DNA of 64,000 nucleotides from assembly GCA_006218065.1 (NCBI GenBank), contig VBWE01000002.1, positions 10,154 to 74,153 of the forward strand. The letters are read 5' to 3'. The stretch comes from Bacteroidota bacterium. GTDB taxonomy: Bacteria > Bacteroidota > Bacteroidia > Palsa-965. This document shows, piece by piece, positions 19,201-28,226 of the stretch. The first letter of the stretch is position 1. Every line of letters starts with the position of its first letter. Position numbers and translations under genes: made by a program. The notes beneath the pieces are model-generated. The model made no database searches. It had not been told where the DNA came from and saw only the letters and a list, made by a program, of their open reading frames with translations.

Positions 19201-22200
19201 GCGCAACATATTCCGATACGCTGGAGGTGCTCATTTCAAATAACTGCGGAACATATACACAACTCTATATTAAAGGCGGAACATTGCTGGCCACCGCAGC
19301 AGATCAAACCGCTACGGAATTTGTTCCCACCGCCGCCCAGTGGCGCACCGAAACAATCAACCTGAGCGCCTACAACGGAAGCGGAAGTCTCCAGGTTATT
19401 TTCCGGAACCGCGGCCGTTATGGTCAGTCGATCTACGTTGATAACGTAAACATCACCGGATCTCTTACCGGTCCGCCGCCAACTGCCTCATTCACGGCCA
19501 GCGCAACAACGGTTTGTGCAGGCACTGCGGTTAACTTCACGGATGCTTCTACAGGCTCTCCCACTTCCTGGAGCTGGGCATTCCCGAGCGGAACCCCGGC
19601 AACGGCAACTACACAAAACGTAACAGGAGTTGTCTGGAATACGGCAGGAACGTACACCGTTACGCTTACTGCAACCAACGCCAACGGCAGCAGCAACAGT
19701 ACGCAGGTCATTACGGTAAATGCAAGACCTACAGTAACTGCAACTGCCGGATCACCGACAATATGTTCGGGCAACAGCACCACGCTCACCGGTGGCGGCG
19801 CAAGTACGTACACCTGGAACCCGGGTTCGCTTAGCGGATCACCGGTTACGGTAACGCCGGGAGGAACTACCACGTATACCGCTACCGGAACGGCGGTGAA
19901 CGGCTGTACCAATACGCAGACGGTTATGGTTACGGTGAATACAACGCCGACAGTGAGCACGACCGCTTCAAGTACGACGATCTGTTCGGGCAGCAGCACC
20001 ACACTTACCGGCAGCGGTGCATCAACGTACCTGTGGATGCCCGGTTCACTTACGGGAACATCAGTAGTTGTATCACCGGCAATAACAACGACGTACACTG
20101 TAACCGGTACAGCAGCAAATGGATGTACCGCAACCAGCACACGTACTATAACGGTTAATACTACACCAACGGTAAATGCTACTGCAGGCAGTGTTACGAT
20201 TTGTACCGGCGGAAGCACCACGCTTACCGGCAGCGGCGCATCTACTTATTTGTGGATGCCGGGCTCATTAAGCGGAACGACTGTTTCCGTTACACCCGGT
20301 TCAACAACAACCTATACGGTAACCGGCACAGCAGCCAACGGCTGCACAGATACACAAACCGTAACTGTAACCGTAACCGGTACACCAACGGTAGTAGCCA
20401 CAGCGGGCAGCAGCACCATCTGTTCGGGCAGCAGCACCACACTTACCGGCAGCGGCGCATCGACATATAGCTGGATGCCGGGTTCGCTCAGCGGCACAAC
20501 CGTAACTGTATCACCAACATTGACCACTACGTACACCGTAACCGGAACAGCTCCCGGCGGATGTACCAATACGCAAACGGTTACCGTTACAGTGAACACC
20601 ACGCCGACAGTAACCACTTCCGCATCGAGCACAACGATTTGTTCGGGCAGCAGTACAACACTCACCGGCAGCGGCGCGTCAACGTATGCGTGGATGCCCG
20701 GATCGCTGAGTGGCACATCCGTAGTAGTATCGCCGGCAACGACAACAACGTACACTGTAACCGGTACAGCGGCTAACGGCTGCACAGCCACCAGTACGAG
20801 AACGATCACGGTCAATACCTCGCCGACCGTTACGGCATCAGCAGGCAGCGGTACGATCTGTACTGGTGCAAGTACTACGCTTACCGGCAGCGGCGCATCA
20901 ACCTATGCGTGGATGCCCGGCTCATTAAGCGGAACTACAGTTTCCATAACTCCGGCAACAACCACAACCTATACGGTAACCGGCACAGCAGCCAACGGTT
21001 GTACAAACACACAAACCGTTAATGTAACTGTAACCAGTACGCCAACAGTGGTAGCTACTGCCAGCAGCCCGACCATCTGTATCGGCGGCAGCACCACGCT
21101 CACCGGCAGCGGCGCGTCAACCTATGCGTGGATGCCCGGATCGCTGAGCGGAACAACAGTAACCGTCTCACCGACATCAACAACAACGTACACGGTAACT
21201 GGTACGGCTCCCGGCGGCTGTTCAAATACGCAGACCGTTACAGTAACGGTAACTGGTACACCGACCGTAACAGCAACAGCCAGCAGCCCGACCATCTGCA
21301 CAGGGGGCAGCACCACGCTCACCGGCAGCGGCGCAACTACATACACCTGGATGCCTGGCTCATTGAGCGGCACAGCTGTAACCGTCTCACCGACATCAAC
21401 AACAACCTACACGGTAACGGGAACGGTGCCTGGCGGATGCACGAATACACAAACTGTAACTGTAACTGTAACCGGTTCACCGACAGTTACAGCAACAGCC
21501 GGCAGCGGTTCTGTCTGCAACGGCAGCAGTACCACGCTTACCGGCAGCGGCGCAACTACATATTCCTGGATGCCGGGTTCACTGAGCGGCACAACCGTAA
21601 CTGTATCACCGACTTCAACGACAACCTACACGGTAACCGGAACAGCTCCGGGCGGATGCACAAACACGCAGACAGTCACGGTTACGGTAAATTCACTTCC
21701 GACAGTGACAACGTCAGCGTCTGCCACGACAATTTGTGCCGGAAACTCGGTAACAATTACCAGCTCGGGCGCTTCAAGCTATTTGTGGATGCCCGGCTCC
21801 ATGACAGGTTCTTCTGTTGTCGTTACACCGTCAAGCACCACCACGTATACGGTTACCGGAACGGCTGTAAACGGCTGCACAAATACCGCGACAAGAACGA
21901 TCAACGTTGTTGCCTTGCCCAACGTAACGGCAACTGCTTCCAGCAGTACAATCTGCACAGGAGGAAGCACCACACTTACAGCATCCGGGGCAAACACATA
22001 TCTCTGGAATCCCGGTTCGATGAGTGGGGCCGTGGTAACCGTATCGCCAACCGCAACCACAACCTACACGGTAACCGGTTCGAACGGTACCTGCATCAAT
22101 ACATTTACCATTACGGTAACGGTGACCAGCACACCGACAGTTACGGCAACCGCTTCCAGCCCGAGTATCTGCGGCAGCGGCAGCGCAACGCTTACAGCAG

Positions 22201-23078
22201 GCGGCGCCACCACGTACGTTTGGATGCCGGGTTCGTTAAGCGGTTCATCGGTGATCGTCTCGCCATCATCCACAACGACATACACGGTAACGGGAACCGT
22301 TCCCGGTGGCTGCTCGAATACAGAAACCATCACGATAACGGTAGCTTCCCCACCCACGGTCGGCGCTACCGCATCGAATGCCACAATCTGCGATGGCGAC
22401 AGCACAACACTCACCGCTTCGGGCGCGAGCACGTACAACTGGATGCCGGGCTCGCTGAGCGGAACAAGCGTAACAGTAACGCCGGCATTCTCAACTGCAT
22501 ATACTGTAACGGGGACCGACATAAACGGCTGCACAAACACATTCACTGTTACGGTGAACGTAAACCCGCTGCCCACGGTATCGCTCACTTTGCCGCAGAC
22601 CACGATCTGTCTTGCTGATGGACCGACACTGCTGACCGGCGAATCTCCCTCGGGAGGAACGTTCTCCGGCACAGGTGTTTCGGGTGGCGTATTCGATCCT
22701 GCAGCAGCGGGACTCGGAACACACGCGATCACGTACAGCTACACCGATGGCAACAACTGTTCGAATACGGCGATGCAGAATATCACGGTTGATATCTGCA
22801 CAGGCGTAATACCGGTTACTGATCCTGGCCTTGGAATTAACGTTGTTCCGAACCCGAATAACGGAACCTTCCAGCTCAACATTCACGTGGGCGTAACGGA
22901 CGACTACCGGATCGAGATCATCAACACGCTCGGTCAGCGAGTGTATCTTGAGGAACTGAAAGGATTCAGCGGAAACGCCAGCCGCAACCTCGATGTGAAA
23001 CAGTTCGGAACAGGTATGTACCTTGTCCGCCTGCACTCGGTCGATAAAGAACTCATCGTGAAGATGTCCGTTCAGTAA
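16251..23078 (+). CDS. giant T9SS-secreted cell-surface protein with three parts
   Basis: The 2275-aa product has a signal peptide. The N-terminal beta-propeller (BNR/Asp-box-like) region carries many S/T-x-N/D-G-G-T-W motifs (WKSTNAGTTW, STDGGTTW, STNGGTGW). Two PKD-like domains follow (..FTDQSSFTPTSWSWTFPGATPGT..). The C-terminal Ig-like region is 13 tandem ~73-aa repeats. The C-terminus (..NPNNGTFQLNIH..YRIEIINTLGQRVY..GMYLVRLHS..) is a T9SS type A sorting domain. Confidence 0.9.
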   Translation: MKKQIYSFAILSLFVTGSVNAQNWKAPMADPNVSFYDIKADFYQDWGAKEQQLFQARQDQAMAQGKFGNMNQRGTPMPDMKGGYKQFKRWESYMEPRVYPSGDLTLPSHNFENFLAYMAQNQEARSQYYATYGGNPINLGNTTSQLNSPQPPSVMSNIWGLVGPSGPPTNGGAGRINRVVIDPTNNNTLYACAPAGGLWKSTNAGTTWSILASTDALNSIGCTDLAIDPTNTQIMYLATGDGDAGDTYSIGVMKSTDGGTTWAATGLAWTTNQGRTIGRLLINPSNTQIVMAFTSNGIYRTTTGGTGAWTQVQNTDPFRDAEYKPGDPNTVYATGTEFWKSTNGGAAWTQITSGLPTSANVDRLSVAVTAANTAYVYVLAGSAANNGFYGLYRSTDSGTTFTTRSTTPNVMGWASAGNDTGGQSWYDHGLGVSPTNQDVVVVGGVNVWRSTNGGTGWTLHAHWTGSGAPYVHADIHDITFQPGSSTTYYISNDGGVAKTTNTGTNWTDVSANMAIAQPYRIGLSASTANLWLTGHQDNGTNRYNGTYAEVMGGDGMDCFIDRTNNNNMYGEQYNGAFNRSTNGGTTWAGYTTGLTGTANWVTPWIQDPTNALYLWAGYTNVFRRNTSTGSWTQMGTITGTGTIIDVKVAPSNGAVIYAARSNQLWKSTNTGGTWTNITGTLPVGSAAITRIAIDPSDANNAWVTFSGYSAGNKVFVTTNGGTSWTSVSTGLPNLPVNCIVYTPGSTTDAIYVGCDIGVYYKDNSSATWQPYFTGLPNVPVFDLEIYSPTSKVRAATYGRSVWEVDIYNPGTLPPIAAFAASSTTVCSGSPVSFTDQSSFTPTSWSWTFPGATPGTSTAQNPTGIVWNTPGTYTVTLTATNANGSSNATQVVTVMGTVLPPLTQGFEAVTFPPTNWLSNDVNADGVFWSRTTAASGFGTSTACMKFDNYNNDVAGARDEILTPRMNYTGYTGLQMTFDVAYARYSATYSDTLEVLISNNCGTYTQLYIKGGTLLATAADQTATEFVPTAAQWRTETINLSAYNGSGSLQVIFRNRGRYGQSIYVDNVNITGSLTGPPPTASFTASATTVCAGTAVNFTDASTGSPTSWSWAFPSGTPATATTQNVTGVVWNTAGTYTVTLTATNANGSSNSTQVITVNARPTVTATAGSPTICSGNSTTLTGGGASTYTWNPGSLSGSPVTVTPGGTTTYTATGTAVNGCTNTQTVMVTVNTTPTVSTTASSTTICSGSSTTLTGSGASTYLWMPGSLTGTSVVVSPAITTTYTVTGTAANGCTATSTRTITVNTTPTVNATAGSVTICTGGSTTLTGSGASTYLWMPGSLSGTTVSVTPGSTTTYTVTGTAANGCTDTQTVTVTVTGTPTVVATAGSSTICSGSSTTLTGSGASTYSWMPGSLSGTTVTVSPTLTTTYTVTGTAPGGCTNTQTVTVTVNTTPTVTTSASSTTICSGSSTTLTGSGASTYAWMPGSLSGTSVVVSPATTTTYTVTGTAANGCTATSTRTITVNTSPTVTASAGSGTICTGASTTLTGSGASTYAWMPGSLSGTTVSITPATTTTYTVTGTAANGCTNTQTVNVTVTSTPTVVATASSPTICIGGSTTLTGSGASTYAWMPGSLSGTTVTVSPTSTTTYTVTGTAPGGCSNTQTVTVTVTGTPTVTATASSPTICTGGSTTLTGSGATTYTWMPGSLSGTAVTVSPTSTTTYTVTGTVPGGCTNTQTVTVTVTGSPTVTATAGSGSVCNGSSTTLTGSGATTYSWMPGSLSGTTVTVSPTSTTTYTVTGTAPGGCTNTQTVTVTVNSLPTVTTSASATTICAGNSVTITSSGASSYLWMPGSMTGSSVVVTPSSTTTYTVTGTAVNGCTNTATRTINVVALPNVTATASSSTICTGGSTTLTASGANTYLWNPGSMSGAVVTVSPTATTTYTVTGSNGTCINTFTITVTVTSTPTVTATASSPSICGSGSATLTAGGATTYVWMPGSLSGSSVIVSPSSTTTYTVTGTVPGGCSNTETITITVASPPTVGATASNATICDGDSTTLTASGASTYNWMPGSLSGTSVTVTPAFSTAYTVTGTDINGCTNTFTVTVNVNPLPTVSLTLPQTTICLADGPTLLTGESPSGGTFSGTGVSGGVFDPAAAGLGTHAITYSYTDGNNCSNTAMQNITVDICTGVIPVTDPGLGINVVPNPNNGTFQLNIHVGVTDDYRIEIINTLGQRVYLEELKGFSGNASRNLDVKQFGTGMYLVRLHSVDKELIVKMSVQ
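19724..22571. repeat. 13 tandem 219-bp repeats inside the adhesin CDS
   Basis: Units such as TPTVTATASSPTICTGGSTTLTGSGASTYAWMPGSLSGTTVTVSPTSTTTYTVTGTAPGGCTNTQTVTVTVT repeat with high nucleotide identity. A 14th degenerate unit follows. Confidence 0.9.
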
Positions 23079-23094
23079 ACAAATAAGCAAAAAC

Positions 23095-23138
23095 AAAAAC
23101 CGCCCCGTCTCAGTTACATCGAGACGGGGCGGTTTTTA
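23095..23138. terminator. bidirectional rho-independent terminator between convergent genes
   Basis: aaaaaccgccccgtctc-agttacatc-gagacggggcggttttta has a perfect 15-bp stem flanked by A and T runs. Confidence 0.85.
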
Positions 23139-23168
23139 TTTGGTAAAAAACGTTTTGATCTTTTCCGA

Positions 23169-25271
23169 TCAGCGGATGATGCCGAGTTTTTTAAATACTG
23201 CGCACCGGCCATCGCTTACCCGGAACATATACATTCCCGCAGGGAAACCGGAAAGATCGAAATGAACGGCATGCTGTCCCGGGACGAATGATTCGTTCAG
23301 CAGCGCAGCAACCCGCTTTCCCGACAAATCGAAAAGATCAACCTGTACCGGGGACGTTTCGCTGCAGCTGAACTCGAGCGTCATCATCCCATCCGTCGGG
23401 TTCGGATAAACGTGTGCAGCGAAAAAATCGTTTTCCGCATCCGGCTGATTTAATCCGCTCAGGATAGGAGGAGTGGTGAAATAAACGATCAGGTCGTTAT
23501 TGTTCCAGGGCGCCTGGATCACGGCCAGCGGGTTCCCGAGATCGTCCTGCGCTTTCAGCAGCGAAAGGCTCTGCCCGTTGTCCACGATCAAGCTCAGCAT
23601 ACTGTTCAGCGGCAGCAGCGACGAAGGAACCGTGATCACCAGCGTATCTGTAAACAGTTCCGTGGTGAACTGCACGCTGTCGCGCGAACGCCAGTAATCG
23701 CCATACGTTTCCAGGTCGCAGATAAATGTATTCGGCGGAAGCTGGCTGATGAGACTCATCTCGGCGGAAAGTTTGTACATCCTGTTCGGGTGAATCAGTA
23801 AAACAGCCGGGGCATAATTCGCCTGCGTCCGCTGTACCACGTCGAGCCAGGTGGTTACTTTCTGCGGATAGTTGGCTTCTGAAATCGGGTTGCCCGAAAA
23901 CACATCGGAAATAACCATCGGCAATTCCCATACGTTCTGCGAAAGCATGCCCGAGGAATTACGATCATACCGTCCGCGGAAAGGGAAATTCGTCAGCACA
24001 TCCGGCGCCGAATTTGAACTGTTAAAAACATACCCGAGCGTGTCCAGCGCATTGATCATCTGGTCGTGATACGCAAGATGCCCGGAACGAAACGTGCGGA
24101 CCGTCGTCCCGCAATCGGCCAGCAGCAGGTTTTTCGAAACCTCCGTTTCGCCGTACACCGAACCTCCTGCGGTCGGACCGCTGTTCGCATAGTAGGGCTG
24201 GTAGGTGATCGTCGTATTGCCGGTGTTTCCGAGCGGGAAAATCGTTTCGTTGTCGAAGTCGGGAAAGTGACCTACGGAATGACTCGCCAGTTTATGTCCT
24301 TTGGTAAGCAGGTATTGCACTTTCGGAATGCTCGACGCGTTATAAAAATCGCTTAGCCAGTCGTCGTTGATATAATGCGTTGTAATCAGGTACGTAGTCG
24401 ATATACCCATACCGTATTCGTAATCCGCATAGTAACTCATCGTATCGAAAGCGGTAGTCGCATCCACATCGTGCGTGATCAGCAGGGAAGAGCGGGTATT
24501 GTACGGACTCGTATGCAGCCAGGCGGAATAGGAGATATGCGTGGTGTAAATTCCTTTTACAAAAAGAATCACGGCATCGGTAGTCGGTTCAAAACCGTTC
24601 GAGTAAATACGCTGGGCATCGAAATCGTTGTTCAGCAGGTTGTTCTGGATAATGTTTTTGAACGAATAGCCCAGCGTGTACGCTTTTCCCGATCCGTACG
24701 GGTGGCGCGTCAGGGCAATGGAACTGTCTTCGTAAAAAGCGATCGCCTGCGCATTCTGAACGGAATAGGCGCGGGTGGTGAAAATATTCGGATAAGTCGT
24801 TCTTCCCAGGCTGATCTTCACCTCCGCCGTATCGTTCAGCCAGCGGCATTCCGCGTTGGCCGCTACCGTATCGAAACGCATGGTGTAACGCGTAGTGGAC
24901 GTTTGCTCGCCGCTGATCCCGAAAAGATTGTAAAGCGCGGCGTCGGTGACGATCGGTGTAAAAAGAATACCGCCGCTGAAAACGTAACTGTAAAGCGAAT
25001 CGCGCTCGGCCTGTACCAGCGTGCTGCTTTGCAGGCGCGAAGAAGTCACGATCATCCCGTAATCGATCGCCACGTAAACATCCGTCGTTTTGATATACGG
25101 GATGCCGGCGACTTTAAGCAAATGCTCGGCCGAAAAAAGTTCCGCATCGTTTGCTTCTGCATTGCGTACGGTACAATCCAGCAGGGCTACCGTGCGGCTG
25201 TTGCTGTTGGCGGAGCATGCCAGGCCACAAAAGAGCAGTATGGTCGTAAGTATGAAAAAGAAACGTATCAT
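23169..25271 (-). CDS. polysaccharide deacetylase (NodB-like) family protein with T9SS C-terminal sorting domain
   Basis: The product has a signal peptide. ..LLITHDVDATTAF.. and ..HSVGH.. are NodB-like motifs. The C-terminus ..YPNPTDGMMTLEF..GMYMFRV.. is a T9SS tail. Confidence 0.7.
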   Translation of the reverse strand: MIRFFFILTTILLFCGLACSANSNSRTVALLDCTVRNAEANDAELFSAEHLLKVAGIPYIKTTDVYVAIDYGMIVTSSRLQSSTLVQAERDSLYSYVFSGGILFTPIVTDAALYNLFGISGEQTSTTRYTMRFDTVAANAECRWLNDTAEVKISLGRTTYPNIFTTRAYSVQNAQAIAFYEDSSIALTRHPYGSGKAYTLGYSFKNIIQNNLLNNDFDAQRIYSNGFEPTTDAVILFVKGIYTTHISYSAWLHTSPYNTRSSLLITHDVDATTAFDTMSYYADYEYGMGISTTYLITTHYINDDWLSDFYNASSIPKVQYLLTKGHKLASHSVGHFPDFDNETIFPLGNTGNTTITYQPYYANSGPTAGGSVYGETEVSKNLLLADCGTTVRTFRSGHLAYHDQMINALDTLGYVFNSSNSAPDVLTNFPFRGRYDRNSSGMLSQNVWELPMVISDVFSGNPISEANYPQKVTTWLDVVQRTQANYAPAVLLIHPNRMYKLSAEMSLISQLPPNTFICDLETYGDYWRSRDSVQFTTELFTDTLVITVPSSLLPLNSMLSLIVDNGQSLSLLKAQDDLGNPLAVIQAPWNNNDLIVYFTTPPILSGLNQPDAENDFFAAHVYPNPTDGMMTLEFSCSETSPVQVDLFDLSGKRVAALLNESFVPGQHAVHFDLSGFPAGMYMFRVSDGRCAVFKKLGIIR

Positions 25272-25383
25272 ATGTTATTTTTGCCGGTCTAAATTACGAC
25301 AAATCGCCGGACCGCTGCCCACAGAAAATTCAGCAGGACGAGCCGGCATATCGCATTTTTCTCTAAATTTCAGTACCTCGTCA

Positions 25384-26832
25384 ATGAATGAATCGAATGA
25401 TATAGACTCCCTCCGCGCAGAAATAGAAGCCCTGCGCAGCGAGAATGAAAAACTGCGCCGGCGTTTCCCGGGCGTCGGCGGGGAAACTGTACGCGTACCC
25501 GAAGCCATCCGCCCGCTTTTTGAAGAAGCGCAGAAAACCGTCGGTGAATATTTCAGCCGGCTGAAATTCGATCCCACGCACGGCACGATTGAAATCGACG
25601 AACAGCGCTACGTACTTGTGCGCGCGTCTTCGCTTTCGTACGAATTCCTGCACACTATCCGGAACCTGTATGCCGACCGCGACGAGAAAGAATCATTCAT
25701 CATCGGCCGCAACTTTCTCTTCGATATTGCGCACGTGATCGGGCTGGAAGATGCGCATGCCTTTCACAACCGGATGCACCTGAGCGACCCGATTTCAAAA
25801 CTTTCGGCAGGGCCGGTGCATTTCGCCTATTCCGGCTGGGCTTTCGTGGATATTCACCCGGACAGCAGGCCGTCTCCCGATGAAAATTTTTTCCTGAAGT
25901 ACGATCACCCGTTTTCATTCGAAGCGGATTCCTGGATCAGGGCGGGAAAAAAATCGGACCTCCCGGTTTGCATTATGAATGCCGGTTATTCTTCCGGATG
26001 GTGCGAAGCCAGTTTCGGCATCCCGCTCACCGCGGTTGAAATCAGCTGCAAAGCCTGCGGCGACGAAAGCTGTTCGTTCATCATGGCGCCGCCGCAACGT
26101 ATTCACGAATATCTTGACAAGTCCAAAATCCCGGCCAGGCAATCCAGCTACGATGTCCCGGAATTTTTCGAACGTAAAAAAAATGAAGAGCAGATAGAAG
26201 CTTCGCTGCGTGAAAAAGAAGTGCTGCTCAAAGAAGTGCATCACCGGGTGAAAAATAACCTGCAGGTGATTTCCAGCCTGCTCAACCTGCAGTCGTCTTT
26301 CATCGAAGATAAAGCCGCCAAAGGGAAGTTCTACGACAGCATCGATCGGATTAAAAGTATGGCCCTGCTGCACGAGATGCTCTACCGTTCGAAAGATCTT
26401 TCCGGGATACGCCTGCAGGATTATCTCGACAACCTGGTCGATTCGCTGCTCAACAGTTATTCACTGGTGAAAGGAAAAGTAAAAACGGTTATCGCGGTGA
26501 CTGTAAAAAACGACCGGCTCCACCTCGATAAAGCGGTTCCTTTTGGTTTGCTGATTAATGAACTGGTGACCAATGCGCTGAAATATGCTTTTGAAGGAAG
26601 GGCAGCAGGAGAAATTACGATTTGTCTCACCGAAGAACCGGGGGATCGTGAACATTTTTACTGCCTTGAAGTAAAGGACAACGGTATCGGTCTGCCTGCA
26701 GATATATCCATTGAACAACCCAAAACACTGGGACTGGAACTGGTTGCCGCCTTGGCCAGCCAGCTCGACGGTATCTATACTGTAGAACGCAGCAATGGTA
26801 CCAGGTACAGTTTTCTTTTTAACTGGAGCTGA
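25384..26832 (+). CDS. sensor histidine kinase (coiled-coil, V4R-like sensor, HisKA_2, HATPase_c)
   Basis: The start is at the internal ATG 25384, because ORF 25090 overlaps the convergent upstream gene. The N-terminus LRAEIEALRSENEKLRRR is coiled-coil. ..SGWCEASFGIPLTAVEISCKACGDESCSFIM.. is V4R-like. ..LLKEVHHRVKNNLQVISSLLNLQSS.. is a HisKA_2 H-box. ..LKVKDNGIGLP.. is the ATPase G-box. Confidence 0.75.
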   Translation: MNESNDIDSLRAEIEALRSENEKLRRRFPGVGGETVRVPEAIRPLFEEAQKTVGEYFSRLKFDPTHGTIEIDEQRYVLVRASSLSYEFLHTIRNLYADRDEKESFIIGRNFLFDIAHVIGLEDAHAFHNRMHLSDPISKLSAGPVHFAYSGWAFVDIHPDSRPSPDENFFLKYDHPFSFEADSWIRAGKKSDLPVCIMNAGYSSGWCEASFGIPLTAVEISCKACGDESCSFIMAPPQRIHEYLDKSKIPARQSSYDVPEFFERKKNEEQIEASLREKEVLLKEVHHRVKNNLQVISSLLNLQSSFIEDKAAKGKFYDSIDRIKSMALLHEMLYRSKDLSGIRLQDYLDNLVDSLLNSYSLVKGKVKTVIAVTVKNDRLHLDKAVPFGLLINELVTNALKYAFEGRAAGEITICLTEEPGDREHFYCLEVKDNGIGLPADISIEQPKTLGLELVAALASQLDGIYTVERSNGTRYSFLFNWS

Positions 26833-26862
26833 AAAAGCAAACGACTGCCGTTTGCTTTTTCA
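26833..26862. terminator. rho-independent terminator after histidine kinase gene
   Basis: aaaaagcaaacg-actgc-cgtttgcttttt. Confidence 0.7.
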
Positions 26863-27037
26863 TGCCGGATGTATATGCCGCCGGTTTTGTCCCGAATTAC
26901 GCACCAGGTGAAAATGGGCTTGTTTCGGCCTAATGCTTTCGGGATTATCAAATCCAGGCACCACCAAATCAGCAGGGATAAAAAACAAGTCCTTGAATAT
27001 TTTCTAATGCCTGATTTGGCTTTACTTTTTTCGCTGT

Positions 27038-28183
27038 TCAGTTGCGGATGATTTTTTGTACCAGCACTTTTTCTTCCGATGCAAGTACCAACTGGTAAAT
27101 ACCGGGAGCCCAAGCGGCGGCGCTGATTACGAAATGCTCCTGCTGGCCTGTGCATGCGCCGGAGAAAATAAGTTTACCGTCCGTAGCAAATATGTTCACC
27201 TTGAAATCACCCGGCTCTTCTATCCGTAAATGCAGTTCGTTCTGCACCGGGTTGGGAAAAGCCGCAACCGTTTCGTTCGCCGGATGGTTTTCGTTAACTG
27301 CAAGGGTGGAAGTGCAGGTGGAATTGCACTGGCAGTTGGAAACGTTTGCACCGAAAAGGCCTAAATTCTGGTTAATGCCGGCGCACATGTCGAGGTAGCT
27401 GCCGTCTTGTCCGAAATAATTATAATTCTGCGCTACGCCGCCGACAGAAAACCCTGCACAGGGGGCGCTCGGTGTTAGCGGTCCCGTTACAATGCCGAGA
27501 TTGGTAAACCAGCCGGTAACCATTACCCGGCAGGTAGTATGAAATACCCCAAGGTTGCCAAAAAGATCACCTACCGTGAGGGGCCCCGAATTCGTAAAAT
27601 TACCGATAAACACTTCCTGCGAAATGTTTTCAAAATCGCCGCCGGTGGTGATATCGCCGGTATTGGTGCCTTCCACTTCGTTGAGCCACATGTTGTTTGA
27701 AATAGTCATGCTTCCTGCATTATGAAAAAACAGGGTGGTTGGTGAAGTGGTCGGCGAAATGATCTCCATACGGAAACCGTTGCCGGAGTATATTCCCGTA
27801 TTGGTGAACTGCATATTGGCTCCAAAACCGGAAAGCGAATCGACGGAAGCAGTGCCGGAATTTTCAAGTGTTCCGGAACTGATGTTGACCATGGGCGAAG
27901 TAATTGTTCCCGAAGAAGTGAGCATGCCCGAATTAATGGTAATGGTGGCTCCGCTGATATTGCCGCTGTTGCAAACGATGCCGCCATTGATGGTAATATT
28001 ACCCTGCAGAATACCGGAGGGGCTGATGCATAAGGTTTGACCGGGCCCTACGGTTTGTGCGGCTGTAACTGTTCCCGAAAGGGTGCTGGTGCAGTTGGTA
28101 CATTGTGCCCGCGCAGGGCTTACCAAAAGACTGAGCAGGCCTGCGATGCAGGTTATACCGATAGAATTGATTTTCGTTTTCAT
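27038..28183 (-). CDS. T9SS C-terminal sorting domain protein (paralog 1)
   Basis: The product has a signal peptide. After the signal peptide comes ..AQCTNCTSTLSGTV... The C-terminus ..FPNPVQNELHLRIEE..GIYQLVL.. is a T9SS tail. Confidence 0.7.
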   Translation of the reverse strand: MKTKINSIGITCIAGLLSLLVSPARAQCTNCTSTLSGTVTAAQTVGPGQTLCISPSGILQGNITINGGIVCNSGNISGATITINSGMLTSSGTITSPMVNISSGTLENSGTASVDSLSGFGANMQFTNTGIYSGNGFRMEIISPTTSPTTLFFHNAGSMTISNNMWLNEVEGTNTGDITTGGDFENISQEVFIGNFTNSGPLTVGDLFGNLGVFHTTCRVMVTGWFTNLGIVTGPLTPSAPCAGFSVGGVAQNYNYFGQDGSYLDMCAGINQNLGLFGANVSNCQCNSTCTSTLAVNENHPANETVAAFPNPVQNELHLRIEEPGDFKVNIFATDGKLIFSGACTGQQEHFVISAAAWAPGIYQLVLASEEKVLVQKIIRN

Positions 28184-28226
28184 GATATTTCTTTTTAAAG
28201 TCCGTTCTGTTAAATGTTTTGCCAGA

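Noticed and set aside
19433-22732. Many minus-strand ORFs (19433..20221, 20312..20815, 21122..21373, 21779..22060, 22064..22732) and + ORF 21128..22618
   Set aside because: All lie within the tandem-repeat region of the giant adhesin CDS. Their translations are repetitive V/T/P-rich mirror images of the repeats.
25090-25383. 5' extension of histidine kinase ORF to ATG 25090
   Set aside because: It would overlap the convergent deacetylase gene end (25271). The internal ATG 25384 gives a sensible N-terminus.
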